A stretch of DNA of 64,000 bases from an uncultured bacterium (GCA_963827235.1 CAWHAE010000010.1:768001-832000); one strand, 5' to 3'. Counted from the first letter of the stretch, positions 20,998 to 30,921 are shown. The notes: generated by a model from the letters alone, not told the origin. Numbers and translations are program-made.

Positions 20998-21219
20998 CGC
21001 GCTGGGACCAGGGACGGAGGAGTACCACGCGAAGTCCCGCCCTGCGGCCGATGGCGAGAGGGAGCCGCTTGATTCTCGGCACGGATGGTCGGCTGGATGC
21101 GCCGGGCGACAAGCGCGGGTATGATATGCTATCGTTGCGTTCGGCACAGCCAGGAGGAACGGCCCGGGCGCGCCGAGTTTAGGTTTGTCGCCCGCGCGTG
21201 GGGTCAAGAGTCGAGCACC

Positions 21220-22203
21220 ATGCTACTTGCAGGAGACATAGGCGGCACCAAGACGAGCCTGGCGGTGTTTGCGTCGCCCGCTAATCTGCACTCGTCTGTC
21301 GCCGCGGCGACATACGCGAGCGCGGCCTATTCGAGCCTGGAGGCGCTCGTACAGCAGTTCCTCGTGGAGCACGACCTTGCCATCGACCGCGCTTGCTTCG
21401 GCGTGGCCGGTCCGGTGGTCGCCGGGCAGGCCGAGATCACGAATCTACCCTGGAAGATCGTGTCGACGAACCTTCAGTCGGTGCTCGGCATACCGGTGGT
21501 GACGCTGATCAACGACCTCGCCGCCATTGCCACTGCTATCCCACTGCTCCACGCGGACGACCTGTACGTGATCAACGCGGGCGTAGCCCAGCCGGGCGGT
21601 GCCTTGGCGGTGATTGCTCCAGGCACGGGCCTTGGCGAGGCGTTTCTGAGCTGGAACGGTTCACGGTACGTGCCGCACTCGTCCGAGGGTGGTCACGGCG
21701 ACTTTGGCCCGACTACCGCCGAGCAAGTCGACCTTCTACGCTATCTGCAGGTACGTTACGGCCACGTGAGCTGGGAACGCGTATGCTCGGGCATCGGCAT
21801 ACCCAATATCTACCAGTTCCTTCGGGACACCGGTTATGCTTCGGAGCCGTCGTGGCTGGCAGAGAGGCTCGCAGATCCCTCGGTCGATCCTACGCCGATC
21901 ATAGCCACGGCCGGCCTTGAGGGGCGACCGGGCGATGAGCTGTGCGTGAAGACGCTGCGGATCTTCGTCTCGATCCTGGGCGCGGAGGCGGGCAATCTTG
22001 CCCTTACCGTGGTGGCCACTGGCGGCGTCTACATCGCCGGCGGTATTCCGCCGCGTGTCATCCCGCTACTCGAAGACGGCGACTTCACGCGGGCATTCCG
22101 CAAGAAGGGCCGGCTCAGCGACGTCCTGGAGAACGTGCCCGTATACGTGGTGACAAATCGGACCGTCGCCCTGCTGGGAGCGGCGGCGAGCGGGTTCAGC
22201 TGA
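21220..22203 (+). CDS. glk: Glucokinase
   Basis: LAGDIGGTK, GVAGPV, LIND, APGTGLG, SEGGH and GGVYIAGGI. Confidence 0.92.
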   Translation: MLLAGDIGGTKTSLAVFASPANLHSSVAAATYASAAYSSLEALVQQFLVEHDLAIDRACFGVAGPVVAGQAEITNLPWKIVSTNLQSVLGIPVVTLINDLAAIATAIPLLHADDLYVINAGVAQPGGALAVIAPGTGLGEAFLSWNGSRYVPHSSEGGHGDFGPTTAEQVDLLRYLQVRYGHVSWERVCSGIGIPNIYQFLRDTGYASEPSWLAERLADPSVDPTPIIATAGLEGRPGDELCVKTLRIFVSILGAEAGNLALTVVATGGVYIAGGIPPRVIPLLEDGDFTRAFRKKGRLSDVLENVPVYVVTNRTVALLGAAASGFS

Positions 22204-22314
22204 ACCATCCCGTCCCTAGAGGCGAGAGCACGACATCCTTGCGATTGACGAAGGTGGACTGGCGGCCAGGCCGGCAGTCCACCTTATGTTCGGGATCTCG
22301 GCGACCTCAGCCGT

Positions 22315-23895
22315 TCAGGCGCGAGGGCCGGCCGCCTTCACGGCATCATCCACCGAGTCAAACCGTTTGAAGTTGGCGTGGAAACGCGAGGCAAGGCCTC
22401 GCGCGGCCTCGTCGTACGCCGCACCATGCGGCCAGGTTTCGCGGGGTCGAAGAATGTCGGCCGGCACCCCGGGCACGACTTCCGGCACATGGAGGCCAAA
22501 GATCGGGTCGGTCCAGGTCGGCACGGTCGCCAGGGCGCCGGAGAGCGCGGCGCTGACGACGGCGCGGGTATAGGCGATGGGGAACCGCCGTCCGACGCCG
22601 AAGCCTCCGCCTGTCCAGCCGGTGTTGAGCAGGTAGCATTGTGCGCCGTGCTGCAGCACCTTCTCGCGCAACATCTCGGCGAATACGGTCGGCGGCAGCG
22701 CGAGGAACGGCGCGCCGAAGCAAGCGCTGAACGTGGCTTCAGGCTCGGAGCCCATGCCCGTCTCGGTTCCGGCCAGCTTCGCGGTGTAGCCGGACAGGAA
22801 ATAGTACAGGGCCTGCTCGACGTCGAGTCTTGCCACCGGAGGCAGCACGCCGAACGCATCGGCCGACAAGAACACGACCGCCTGGGGATGGCCGGCCCGG
22901 CCTTCCAGCACGGACCCCTGGATGAAATCGATCGGGTACGCGGCGCGGGTATTCTCGGTGATCTGGGTATCCTCGAACCGCGGTGCGCGCGAGAGCGGAT
23001 CGAGAATCACATTCTCCAGCACTGCTCCGAACTTGATCGCGTCGTAGATCTGCGGCTCGCTCTCACGCCTGAGATTGATGCACTTGGCGTAGCAGCCGCC
23101 TTCGAAATTGAACACGCCGGTCGAGCTCCAGCCATGCTCGTCGTCGCCGACCAGCCGGCGAGCCGGATCGGCCGAGAGCGTGGTCTTGCCGGTGCCTGAC
23201 AGGCCGAAGAACAGGGCCACGTTCCCGTCGGCGCCCACGTTCGCCGAACAGTGCATCGGCAGAACGCCGCGGTCCGGCAGCACGAAGTTGAGGTAGCTGA
23301 AAACGCTCTTCTTGATCTCTCCGGCATACCTGGTGCCGGCAATGGTGACCAGGCGCCGGCCGAAATCGACTATGATCGCGGCCTCGGAGCGCACGCCGTC
23401 TCGTTCCGGGTCGCACATGAAATCGGGCGCTACCAGCACGGTGAATCCGGGCACGAAGCCCTGACGCTGCTGATCCGAGGTACGCAGGAAGAGCTGGTGC
23501 GCGAAGAGAGCCTGCCAGGCGTACTCCGTCACCACGCGCACGCCGAGCCGATAGTCTGGATCGGCGCCCGCCCAGGCATCGACGACGAACGTCGGGCGGC
23601 CAAGCAGATACTGCGCGACGCGATCCTGCAGCCGCGCGGCCACCTCCGGGTCGATGGGCGTGTTGAAGCCGCCCCAAGCGACGCGGTCCGCCGTGGTCGC
23701 GTCGCGCACGATGAACTTGTCCTTCACCGACCGCCCGGTGCGCGGGGCGGTCTCCGCGACGAGGGCCCCGGTTGCCGAGAGCGAGATGCCGCCGGCCGCC
23801 AGTGCGGCTTCCGCGAGGGCAGGCGCGCTCACGTTGTACCGGCCCAAGGGCCACTCGAGCTGGGCAAGGTCTACGACCGCAAGATCAGCCTCCAT
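22315..23895 (-). CDS. pckA: Phosphoenolpyruvate carboxykinase (ATP)
   Basis: YAGEIKKS, MHCSAN, FFGLSGTGKTTLS, GDDEHGW and NFEGGCYAK. Confidence 0.96.
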   Translation of the reverse strand: MEADLAVVDLAQLEWPLGRYNVSAPALAEAALAAGGISLSATGALVAETAPRTGRSVKDKFIVRDATTADRVAWGGFNTPIDPEVAARLQDRVAQYLLGRPTFVVDAWAGADPDYRLGVRVVTEYAWQALFAHQLFLRTSDQQRQGFVPGFTVLVAPDFMCDPERDGVRSEAAIIVDFGRRLVTIAGTRYAGEIKKSVFSYLNFVLPDRGVLPMHCSANVGADGNVALFFGLSGTGKTTLSADPARRLVGDDEHGWSSTGVFNFEGGCYAKCINLRRESEPQIYDAIKFGAVLENVILDPLSRAPRFEDTQITENTRAAYPIDFIQGSVLEGRAGHPQAVVFLSADAFGVLPPVARLDVEQALYYFLSGYTAKLAGTETGMGSEPEATFSACFGAPFLALPPTVFAEMLREKVLQHGAQCYLLNTGWTGGGFGVGRRFPIAYTRAVVSAALSGALATVPTWTDPIFGLHVPEVVPGVPADILRPRETWPHGAAYDEAARGLASRFHANFKRFDSVDDAVKAAGPRA

Positions 23896-24427
23896 CGTAT
23901 CTCCAGTACTTCACTGCGTTTTCTCACCGACGCTCCCGTTGCGGACAGCGAAGTGTGAACGTAGCACGACATTGTGCTGATTGCGGACGATGAGGCGACC
24001 ATGCCGCTCCGCACGATATCCCCACGGCCGCCGGCATTGGCGCCGTCTTCTCACGTGAATCTCGCGAACCACGGGAGACCAAAGCGCGAGCCGGTCCGGT
24101 ACAAAGCCAATCCCCTCTGTGCTCGACCCGAGCCACTGGCTACCCCAAACACGTGGCCTGGCAGGCCGAAAGCCGGCTTCCGTGCAGAACTGTACCACAC
24201 GCGGTTCGCGCTGGAGAAGGTCGGCAACCTGTCGCCCTATTACCCGATATAGGCTGCAGTCAGGGGCCGTGATACTATGGCCGTGGAGCGCGCTGTCACG
24301 CCGGGTATCCGGCACCGCTCGGATCCGGCAGAGACCGGTCTCTCGTTGAGCGCTGGCCGGCCCGGCCCCGGGGCGGGGCGACGTCCGCGCGTGGCTGGTG
24401 CGTACTGGGCGCAGCATTGGAGGATCA

Positions 24428-25693
24428 TTGGCACAGAGAAGAGCGGCTCGACACGTCGAGAGCGGCGCCGGCTGGGCAGAGGCGCGTCCGCATCTATCGA
24501 ACACGCGCAGCGCTCGTCCGCGGGCGGTTCTGGCGGCGGTCGAGCAAACGCAGCTTGGACAGGACTTCGCCGGCCCGCCGTGGGGCACCGAGGATAGCCT
24601 CGAGGAGCTCGCGAGGCTGGCGGAGACGGGCGATATCGAGGTGGTCAGGACGATGACCCAGCGGCTGTCCGTGGCACACCCGCGCACGTACTTCGGCGCC
24701 GGGAAGGCACGGGAGCTTGCCGAATGGCTGGAAGCGGAAGAGTGCGACATCGCCGTCTTCGACGACGAGCTGACGCCGGGCCAGCAGAAGGGCATTGAAG
24801 AGATTATAGGCAGCGGCAAGGCAGTGGACCGTACCCAGCTCATTCTCGACATCTTCGCATCGCGGGCCCACACCAAGGAAGGCGCGCTGCAGGTACTGCT
24901 CGCCAGGTATCGCTATCAGATCCCGAGGCTTCGTCGCCTGTGGACGCACCTCGAGCGCCAGCGCGGTGGTACCGGCACCCGCGGCGGCGCGGGCGAGACG
25001 CAGATGGAGACCGATCGGCGTGCGCTGGAGGCCGGGGTGAAGCGCCTGGAGCGCGAGCTGGACGTCGTGCGTGCGCGCCGCGCCGAGCAGCGCCGATCGC
25101 GCAAAGAGAAGTGGCCGACCATTGCCCTCGTGGGCTATACCAACGCCGGCAAGTCGACGCTGCTCAACACCCTGACAGGCGCCGGAGTAGACGCCCGCGA
25201 CAAGCTGTTCGCCACGCTCGACCCGACGACTCGACGCTGGTTTCTGGGCGGCAAGGGCAGCGCACTGCTGACCGACACCGTGGGTTTCATCCACAAGCTG
25301 CCGTCCACCCTGGTCGCGGCCTTCCGGGCCACGCTGGAGGAGGCTACAGAAGCCGACCTTCTCCTGCACGTGGTGGATGCGTCCTCACGCCATGCCGCAG
25401 GCCAGGCAACCGTCGTGGCCGACGAGCTGGAGAAGATCGGTGCACGCGGTCCGGTGGTGACCGTACTGAACAAGATCGACCTGATCCCGGCCGAGGATAG
25501 GTTGCGAGTGCTCGAAGAGCTGCGGAGCACCTTCGCCGACGCCGTCATGGTGAGCGCGGTCACCGGCCAGGGCTTCGAGGAGCTGCGTGAGACGGTGGCT
25601 GGGAAGGTGCCTAAAGCGGCCTGGCAATACAGCTCGGCCGCGCCCGGTCCGCAGCGGTCTTGGTCGTTAGTCCCATCTGGCCCTCGATCATGA
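24428..25693 (+). CDS. hflX: GTPase HflX
   Basis: DRTQLILDIFA, GYTNAGKSTL, LFATLDPT, DTVGFI and NKID. Probable TTG start behind GGAGG. Confidence 0.93.
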   Translation: MAQRRAARHVESGAGWAEARPHLSNTRSARPRAVLAAVEQTQLGQDFAGPPWGTEDSLEELARLAETGDIEVVRTMTQRLSVAHPRTYFGAGKARELAEWLEAEECDIAVFDDELTPGQQKGIEEIIGSGKAVDRTQLILDIFASRAHTKEGALQVLLARYRYQIPRLRRLWTHLERQRGGTGTRGGAGETQMETDRRALEAGVKRLERELDVVRARRAEQRRSRKEKWPTIALVGYTNAGKSTLLNTLTGAGVDARDKLFATLDPTTRRWFLGGKGSALLTDTVGFIHKLPSTLVAAFRATLEEATEADLLLHVVDASSRHAAGQATVVADELEKIGARGPVVTVLNKIDLIPAEDRLRVLEELRSTFADAVMVSAVTGQGFEELRETVAGKVPKAAWQYSSAAPGPQRSWSLVPSGPRS

Positions 25694-26106
25694 TGGCGAT
25701 GTCCATGCCGTGCGTCCCATCTCGTGGCTGCTTCGCCTCTGCTCAACGGTAACATGCACAAGGCTCAGCGCGCCTCAAGTGCCTCGCCCGCGCCAGCTAC
25801 CGAGATTCCTCGGGAGGCCGATATGCCTAGCAATTCGGCGAATGCGCGCCTAAAGATCTCGGCGCCCTTGCCGATAGATGGCGGTGTGTGCTCGTAGTGT
25901 GTACGCGCAGACTGCGTGCACTCGCTTGCGCCCAGTGCGACGTAGGATACGTACGCTACGGGCCGCAGCTCATCCGCAACTGAATGGTATTGCACTGCAG
26001 CCTGCACGCCGCCCCAGCCAGACCTCTCGCGCGTCCTCAGGCCGCACTGGATCCTGCCGCCGGGATAAGCGCGTCGAGCAGGCGTGACTCCGGGACTTGG
26101 CCGGGA

Positions 26107-26445
26107 TCAGACCACGGCGCCGTTCAAGCACTTCTCCACGTGTGCGCGCAGTGCAGGCTTGGGCTGAGCGCCGACCACCATGTGCATCGGCTTCCCGTCC
26201 TTGAAGAACATCAGCGTGGGGAGCGTTTGTATTCCGTACTGCGACACGATGCCGTCAGCCTGCTCGACGTCGACCTTGACCACCTTGAGCCTGTCGCCAA
26301 AGTCCTGAGATACCTCTTCGAGCGCGGTGGCCACCAGCTTGCAGGGAGCGCACCAGTCGGCATAGAAGTCCACGACGACGGTCACCTTGCTTCCCAGCAC
26401 CTTCTCGCCAAACTCAGCCTCACTGATCTTCGTCGCTTGCGCCAT
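26107..26445 (-). CDS. trxA: Thioredoxin
   Basis: VDFYADWCAPCK active site; 112 aa. Confidence 0.9.
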   Translation of the reverse strand: MAQATKISEAEFGEKVLGSKVTVVVDFYADWCAPCKLVATALEEVSQDFGDRLKVVKVDVEQADGIVSQYGIQTLPTLMFFKDGKPMHMVVGAQPKPALRAHVEKCLNGAVV

Positions 26446-26629
26446 CTGCCGCTTTCTCCCTCACCTGTCGCCGGCGAATCCAAGCCCCACGCTACCACAG
26501 GTCGTGTGCCCGGCACTGCACGTATTCTACCACTGGTAGGGACCGCGGCACTCCATTTCGTGCGGATAAATCCTATTGGATACGGCATCGATCTGTCCCG
26601 GCAGCGGCTGCCCACGGCACGAAGGCTGC

Positions 26630-27673
26630 CTATGCCTCTACTCGAGACGGCACGTCATCGAGAGAACCAGCCTCGGCATCGGCGAGCACGCGCTGCGGCA
26701 GAAGCAGAAGCGCTTGTTGCGCGGCTTCACGGACTTCCTCCGTGGGGTCGTCCGAGAGGGTGCGGATGTCTTCCTCCGCAGAGGCCTCCCCCATGGTTGC
26801 CAGCGCGCGGGCTGCTGCGGCGCGCTCGACGCTCGCGCGTGCATGCAGGAGCTCTTTCAGCATAGGCACGAGCTCAAACAACTCGAGGTCGCCAATTGCT
26901 CTCAGCACTCTGCAGCGCAGCAAGGGCGCGCGCACGACGGCAAGTGCTTCCATGGTGTCACGCACCACCTGCTCGGCGTCGCGATCGATGTCCAGTCCAT
27001 AGGAGGCCAGGAGGTCAAACGGCGGCTGCCGCGATCCGCCCAGTACAACCTGCACCCAGGTGGCCAGGTTCTCGGGGATCTCCGGACGCGGGCTCAACGT
27101 GGTGTGAATGGCCAGCAGCTCAGGCAGATGCCGCTGCGACCAATAGTAGAGTCCCAGCGTAAGCTCCGCGTCCCGCCAGGCATACGCGAGCGAGGGAAGA
27201 TCCAGAGGCCGGTGCAGCCAGGCGCTTCTCTGCAGCGATTTGTCGATGCCGACACCGAAGGCGCGCCGGGCGAAGGCGGCCAGGCTCGCTTCACCCTTGC
27301 CGAACGCCGACCGGGCCACGTCGCTGAGATCCGCCACGTACCGCAGGTTCAGGCCCGCGCCCTCCAGCATATCCCTGTCGAGAGCTATGCCGTGGAACAC
27401 TTTGAGCACGGATACCGAGGCCATCACCGGCCCAAGAGGAGAGAGGTCGCGGAGCCGAAGAGGGTCCAGCGCATAGGTCATGCCCGGAAGAGCCACCTGG
27501 AGCAGGGCAAACTTGCTCTGTCGCTCCCTTGGCGGAATGCCCGCCTCCACGTCGATGCCCAGGACAGGCGTGCCTGCCATCACCTCCGCGACCCGGCTCA
27601 GATCCTCCTGGCGGTCGATCAGCTGCCGCGCGCCGTGCGGAGGAGCAGGCTCGCGCATCGCCTCATCTGGCAT
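26630..27673 (-). CDS. RNase D-like DEDDy 3'-5' exonuclease fused to C-terminal HEAT repeats
   Basis: ExoI GIDVE, ExoII FHGIALD, ExoIII YAWRD and QRSAW..RPL. The C-terminus has HEAT-like repeats (ERAAAARALATMG, DPTEEVREAAQQAL) in place of HRDC. Confidence 0.82.
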   Translation of the reverse strand: MPDEAMREPAPPHGARQLIDRQEDLSRVAEVMAGTPVLGIDVEAGIPPRERQSKFALLQVALPGMTYALDPLRLRDLSPLGPVMASVSVLKVFHGIALDRDMLEGAGLNLRYVADLSDVARSAFGKGEASLAAFARRAFGVGIDKSLQRSAWLHRPLDLPSLAYAWRDAELTLGLYYWSQRHLPELLAIHTTLSPRPEIPENLATWVQVVLGGSRQPPFDLLASYGLDIDRDAEQVVRDTMEALAVVRAPLLRCRVLRAIGDLELFELVPMLKELLHARASVERAAAARALATMGEASAEEDIRTLSDDPTEEVREAAQQALLLLPQRVLADAEAGSLDDVPSRVEA

Positions 27674-27800
27674 CCCGGCTCCATTACCCTAGGCCCAAGA
27701 CTTGAGACACTGCTAGTGTAACATGCCTCTCCCGGCACACCTGCAGCCGCGGCAGGTATCCAGCGGGACTAGGACTACGTGACGAGCACCCACGCAAGGC

Positions 27801-27868
27801 AAAAACAAAGGCCCGGCAGTTGGGGACAAGCGGAGTGCTGTGGGTGTGGTCTTCGGCCCGCCGGGCCT
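27801..27868 (-). ncRNA. Candidate ~70-nt small RNA (end-paired hairpin with C-rich loop and U-tail)
   Basis: Minus strand TTGCGG-16 nt-TACTAT, then 6 nt later AGGCCCGGCGG...CUGCCGGGCCU (11-bp terminal stem) followed by UUGUUUUU. Confidence 0.4.
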
Positions 27869-27996
27869 GTATCCATAGTAAGCCAACGGCCCGCGCCCGC
27901 AATTACCCATATGGGCTAATCTGACGGTACCTAAAGGCCCGAGTTTCTGGCCTTCGGCGGCGCACTTCTGGGGACGAACGGCAGGGCCCTCCTGTT

Positions 27997-28047
27997 GTGT
28001 ACTGACAGTACACTGGGGTTTACTGAGCCAATGTTCCATGGTATGCT
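27997..28047 (+). promoter_or_regulatory. Palindromic operator and promoter of a probably leaderless XRE gene
   Basis: GTGTACTG-A-CAGTACAC (27997-28013). TTTACT(28019)-17 nt-TATGCT(28042). ATG lies 6 nt after the -10 element, with no RBS. Confidence 0.65.
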
Positions 28048-28053
28048 GTCTCT

Positions 28054-28512
28054 ATGGCGAAAGAGCAAGCAAGCGGGCTGGGCGATCGAGTGCGCAAACG
28101 GCGCAAGGCGCTGGGTCTGACGGCGAAGGCGCTGGCCAAAGCCGCCGGTGTCAGCACATCCTACATTTCGCAGGTCGAGCGAGGCCATCAAGAGGATCCG
28201 TCTCTCCCGGCTTTGCGGCGACTTGCGGACGCCCTGAAGATGGATTTGCACGCGCTGCTCGGCGGCCCGGCCCCGAGCGCCGACATGCCGCCCGTGCCGC
28301 CCAGCCTGAAAGAGCTGGCGGCCGAGTGCGGATTGGCAGACGACGTGGTCGGCATGCTCTCTCACGTTCAGGTAGACGGTCTGCAGCCCAGCACGAAGGA
28401 GGACTGGTTGTTCCTGCTCCTCGCCGTACGGCGGGCCTGCCACCTCTATGAGCCCGTGGTTGTCGTTCAAGCATCTGATGAGAAAGAGGGTAAGCATGCG
28501 CTGCGAAGCTGA
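28054..28512 (+). CDS. XRE-family HTH transcriptional regulator
   Basis: LGDRVRKRRKALGLTAKALAKAAGVSTSYISQVERG HTH_3 pattern. Confidence 0.9.
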   Translation: MAKEQASGLGDRVRKRRKALGLTAKALAKAAGVSTSYISQVERGHQEDPSLPALRRLADALKMDLHALLGGPAPSADMPPVPPSLKELAAECGLADDVVGMLSHVQVDGLQPSTKEDWLFLLLAVRRACHLYEPVVVVQASDEKEGKHALRS

Positions 28513-28726
28513 AGTGCATGAGCGCCTCTATTCCGGGGAAGCCGAGCTGGTCCGCTTGGCCGAGGAGATATCCCGGCTGAGCCTCGAAGTCAAGCTTGGA
28601 GCAGACGGATGGCGAGCCGCGCTCGAGAGACTGTCCGAGACGCTCCAACGAAGGCGCGCTCTGCAGGCACAGCTGGATAGCCTGCGCTGGGTGTTGACGG
28701 GCGATACGGAGCGCCTGGCGAGCTGA
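28496..28726 (+). CDS. Small coiled-coil hypothetical protein overlapping the XRE gene
   Basis: 76-aa helical ORF with a GAGGG RBS; overlaps the XRE 3' end by 17 nt. Confidence 0.6.
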   Translation: MRCEAEVHERLYSGEAELVRLAEEISRLSLEVKLGADGWRAALERLSETLQRRRALQAQLDSLRWVLTGDTERLAS

Positions 28727-28800
28727 GATGGCCGGCGGCGATCACTGGTCGCCGCAGCGGTCGCCGACAGGAGACGTTCCCCGCCGAACAATCGTCCGGA

Positions 28801-30921
28801 CTAGCTCTGGATGGGCGCCACCGCGACTGCGTCCGTGGCGACGCGACCTTCCTCGCAGACCAATGCGACGCCGCCGCGCGTCAGCGGCATGTCGAGGTCG
28901 ACAACGTCGAAGAGCAGTGTGCCATCCAGCCAGGCCAGCACGTGAGTACCCTCGACAGCAAGCCGCATCTCGTATGGCCGGCCAGGCTCCCAGGCAGCTG
29001 CCGTCTCGGCCAGCACGGCTTCGCCGTCCAACACCTTGACCAGGCGTGCCGAACCTTCCTGATGGAGGAGCAGAGCGTAGTAGCGCCGCATCCCCTGCAC
29101 GCGCGCGGCGAGGCCCCACGCCACGGCCAGATGCGGCGTGAGCGTGGTGGTGACCTGGTAATCGCGCCACTCACGAGTGCCGGTGGTCAGGAGTCCGCGG
29201 CCATGATTTTGCATGAGGCGGTAAGCCTCGGGCCATTCGGGATGCGCGGCCTGCTGATCCAGGCCGTCGACCCAGGAACGCAGCCACATCGAACCCCGGG
29301 CCTCCGGACGAGCGAACGTCAGTCGGGGAGTGCCGTCCCAGCGCACATAGTCGAGATACAGCGTGCCGGCGGCACCGCCCCGGCCGCACACCTCGATGCC
29401 GACTACCGCGATCGGCTGGCCGTCCGTCTCGGGTATCTGCCACTCCAGCACGTGCTCGGCTCCGGCAGACAGTGAAGCACTGGGCCCGCGGTGTGTCACC
29501 AACGCGTCATTCGCCCCATAGGTCTGCATGTAGACACACACGTCGACCGGCGTGACATTGGCAGAGTCAGCGGAAACCCGCGCCTCGAGGTGCTGTCCAG
29601 CGTACAGTGTTGGCGACGCCAAGAGCTCGTAGAATCCCGGGTTGACGTTGGTGGGAGGCGCAAAGGTCGGCGTAGCCACGCGCGAGACACGACCCGGTGC
29701 AAGATGGTGAAAATGTATGGCCAGACTCCGCGTTCCCAGGGGGCTGTGACCAGCTACGTTCTCCACCGCTGTCGTGCCGCGTGACGCCTCGCATTCCTCC
29801 ACCTGCCAGCCCTGCACGCTGCCCGGCAGCTCGAAGTGGAAACGGGCACCGCGCTTGGGGGTCAGCGGGACCTGTCCGGCCAGCGCCCTTCCCATGTTGA
29901 CCACGTGATACGTCTCGCTCACGGCATCGGTGATAGCCCGGCCACCGTCGGCAGTGGACAGGAAGATGCGGTCGGCGACCGGACCGCGCCAGTCGGGACC
30001 GGCCTCGACCGTGCCGAGCCCGTCTTTGATACCGAGCAGACAGCCCAGATTGCCCGAGTTGCAATCGGTGTCCCAGCCGCAGGTGTTGCAGATCATCAGC
30101 GAGCGTTGGAAGTCGCTCTGGCCGTAGAGCAGAGCAAGCACGATGATGGCGTGGTTCGGCACCATATGACAGTTTCCGCCATAGCGGTCGTACCCATATC
30201 GCTCGACGATCGCCTGGCGGGTGCGGCGCCAATCGCCATGCCGGCCGTGCCAGTCGCGCACGTCGTGGATCAGCCGTGCAATGGCGGAATCCGCAGGAAT
30301 GAAACGCAGACTGGTGTCGAGAAGGACATCCACGCTCGGCTCCACGAAGGCCAGCGCCTCCATGGCGGCCAGCGACTGAGCGCCAAAGATTGCCTCCCCA
30401 TCGTGACTGACGCTCGCCGCCCGTCGCGCCAGGTCGGCAGCCAGCTCGGGGTCGCCCGGCGCCACCATCGCCCAACCATCGACGAAGATCTGGGAGCCGA
30501 TCTGCTCGGCCACAACCTTGCCGTTGGTGGCAATGGATCCGCTGAGCGGCGCGGCGATGCCCTGCTGCAGTCGCAGGTAGGCGGTATGCTCGGTCGAGTT
30601 GCCCAGGCCACCCCACCACAAGACGGTGCGTCCCTCGATCAGGTAGTTCAGCCAGGTCTGACCGATCTGGGCAGGGGTGATCGAACGGGAGCAGCCGTAG
30701 TCCTCGAGTGCGCGCAGGAAGGTGAAGGTGCCGCCGATGTCGTCGTCGGTCACCACCAGCGGCACGCCGCAGCGATCGTTCACGTAGTAGTTGATCTCTC
30801 CCAGCTCGGCCATGATCTGCTCGTACGACCACATCTCAAATGGCCGGCCCAGGTAGACGCCGATGATCTTGCCGAGCACCCCGGCATACACGCGATCGCG
30901 ATAGTCGCTGGGCAAAGACAT
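28801..30921 (-). CDS. ADP-ribosylglycohydrolase family protein with C-terminal beta-sandwich domains
   Basis: GKIIGVYLGRPFE, VTDDD, SHDGE and GWDTDCN metal-binding motifs. Confidence 0.88.
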   Translation of the reverse strand: MSLPSDYRDRVYAGVLGKIIGVYLGRPFEMWSYEQIMAELGEINYYVNDRCGVPLVVTDDDIGGTFTFLRALEDYGCSRSITPAQIGQTWLNYLIEGRTVLWWGGLGNSTEHTAYLRLQQGIAAPLSGSIATNGKVVAEQIGSQIFVDGWAMVAPGDPELAADLARRAASVSHDGEAIFGAQSLAAMEALAFVEPSVDVLLDTSLRFIPADSAIARLIHDVRDWHGRHGDWRRTRQAIVERYGYDRYGGNCHMVPNHAIIVLALLYGQSDFQRSLMICNTCGWDTDCNSGNLGCLLGIKDGLGTVEAGPDWRGPVADRIFLSTADGGRAITDAVSETYHVVNMGRALAGQVPLTPKRGARFHFELPGSVQGWQVEECEASRGTTAVENVAGHSPLGTRSLAIHFHHLAPGRVSRVATPTFAPPTNVNPGFYELLASPTLYAGQHLEARVSADSANVTPVDVCVYMQTYGANDALVTHRGPSASLSAGAEHVLEWQIPETDGQPIAVVGIEVCGRGGAAGTLYLDYVRWDGTPRLTFARPEARGSMWLRSWVDGLDQQAAHPEWPEAYRLMQNHGRGLLTTGTREWRDYQVTTTLTPHLAVAWGLAARVQGMRRYYALLLHQEGSARLVKVLDGEAVLAETAAAWEPGRPYEMRLAVEGTHVLAWLDGTLLFDVVDLDMPLTRGGVALVCEEGRVATDAVAVAPIQS

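Noticed and set aside
23953-23970. Possible CRP-like site upstream of pckA (TGTGAACGTAGCACGA)
   Set aside because: The second half-site and spacing fit TGTGA-N6-TCACA poorly.
25694-26106. 400-bp gap between convergent hflX and trxA
   Set aside because: No credible ORF, RNA motif or strong repeat was found by eye.
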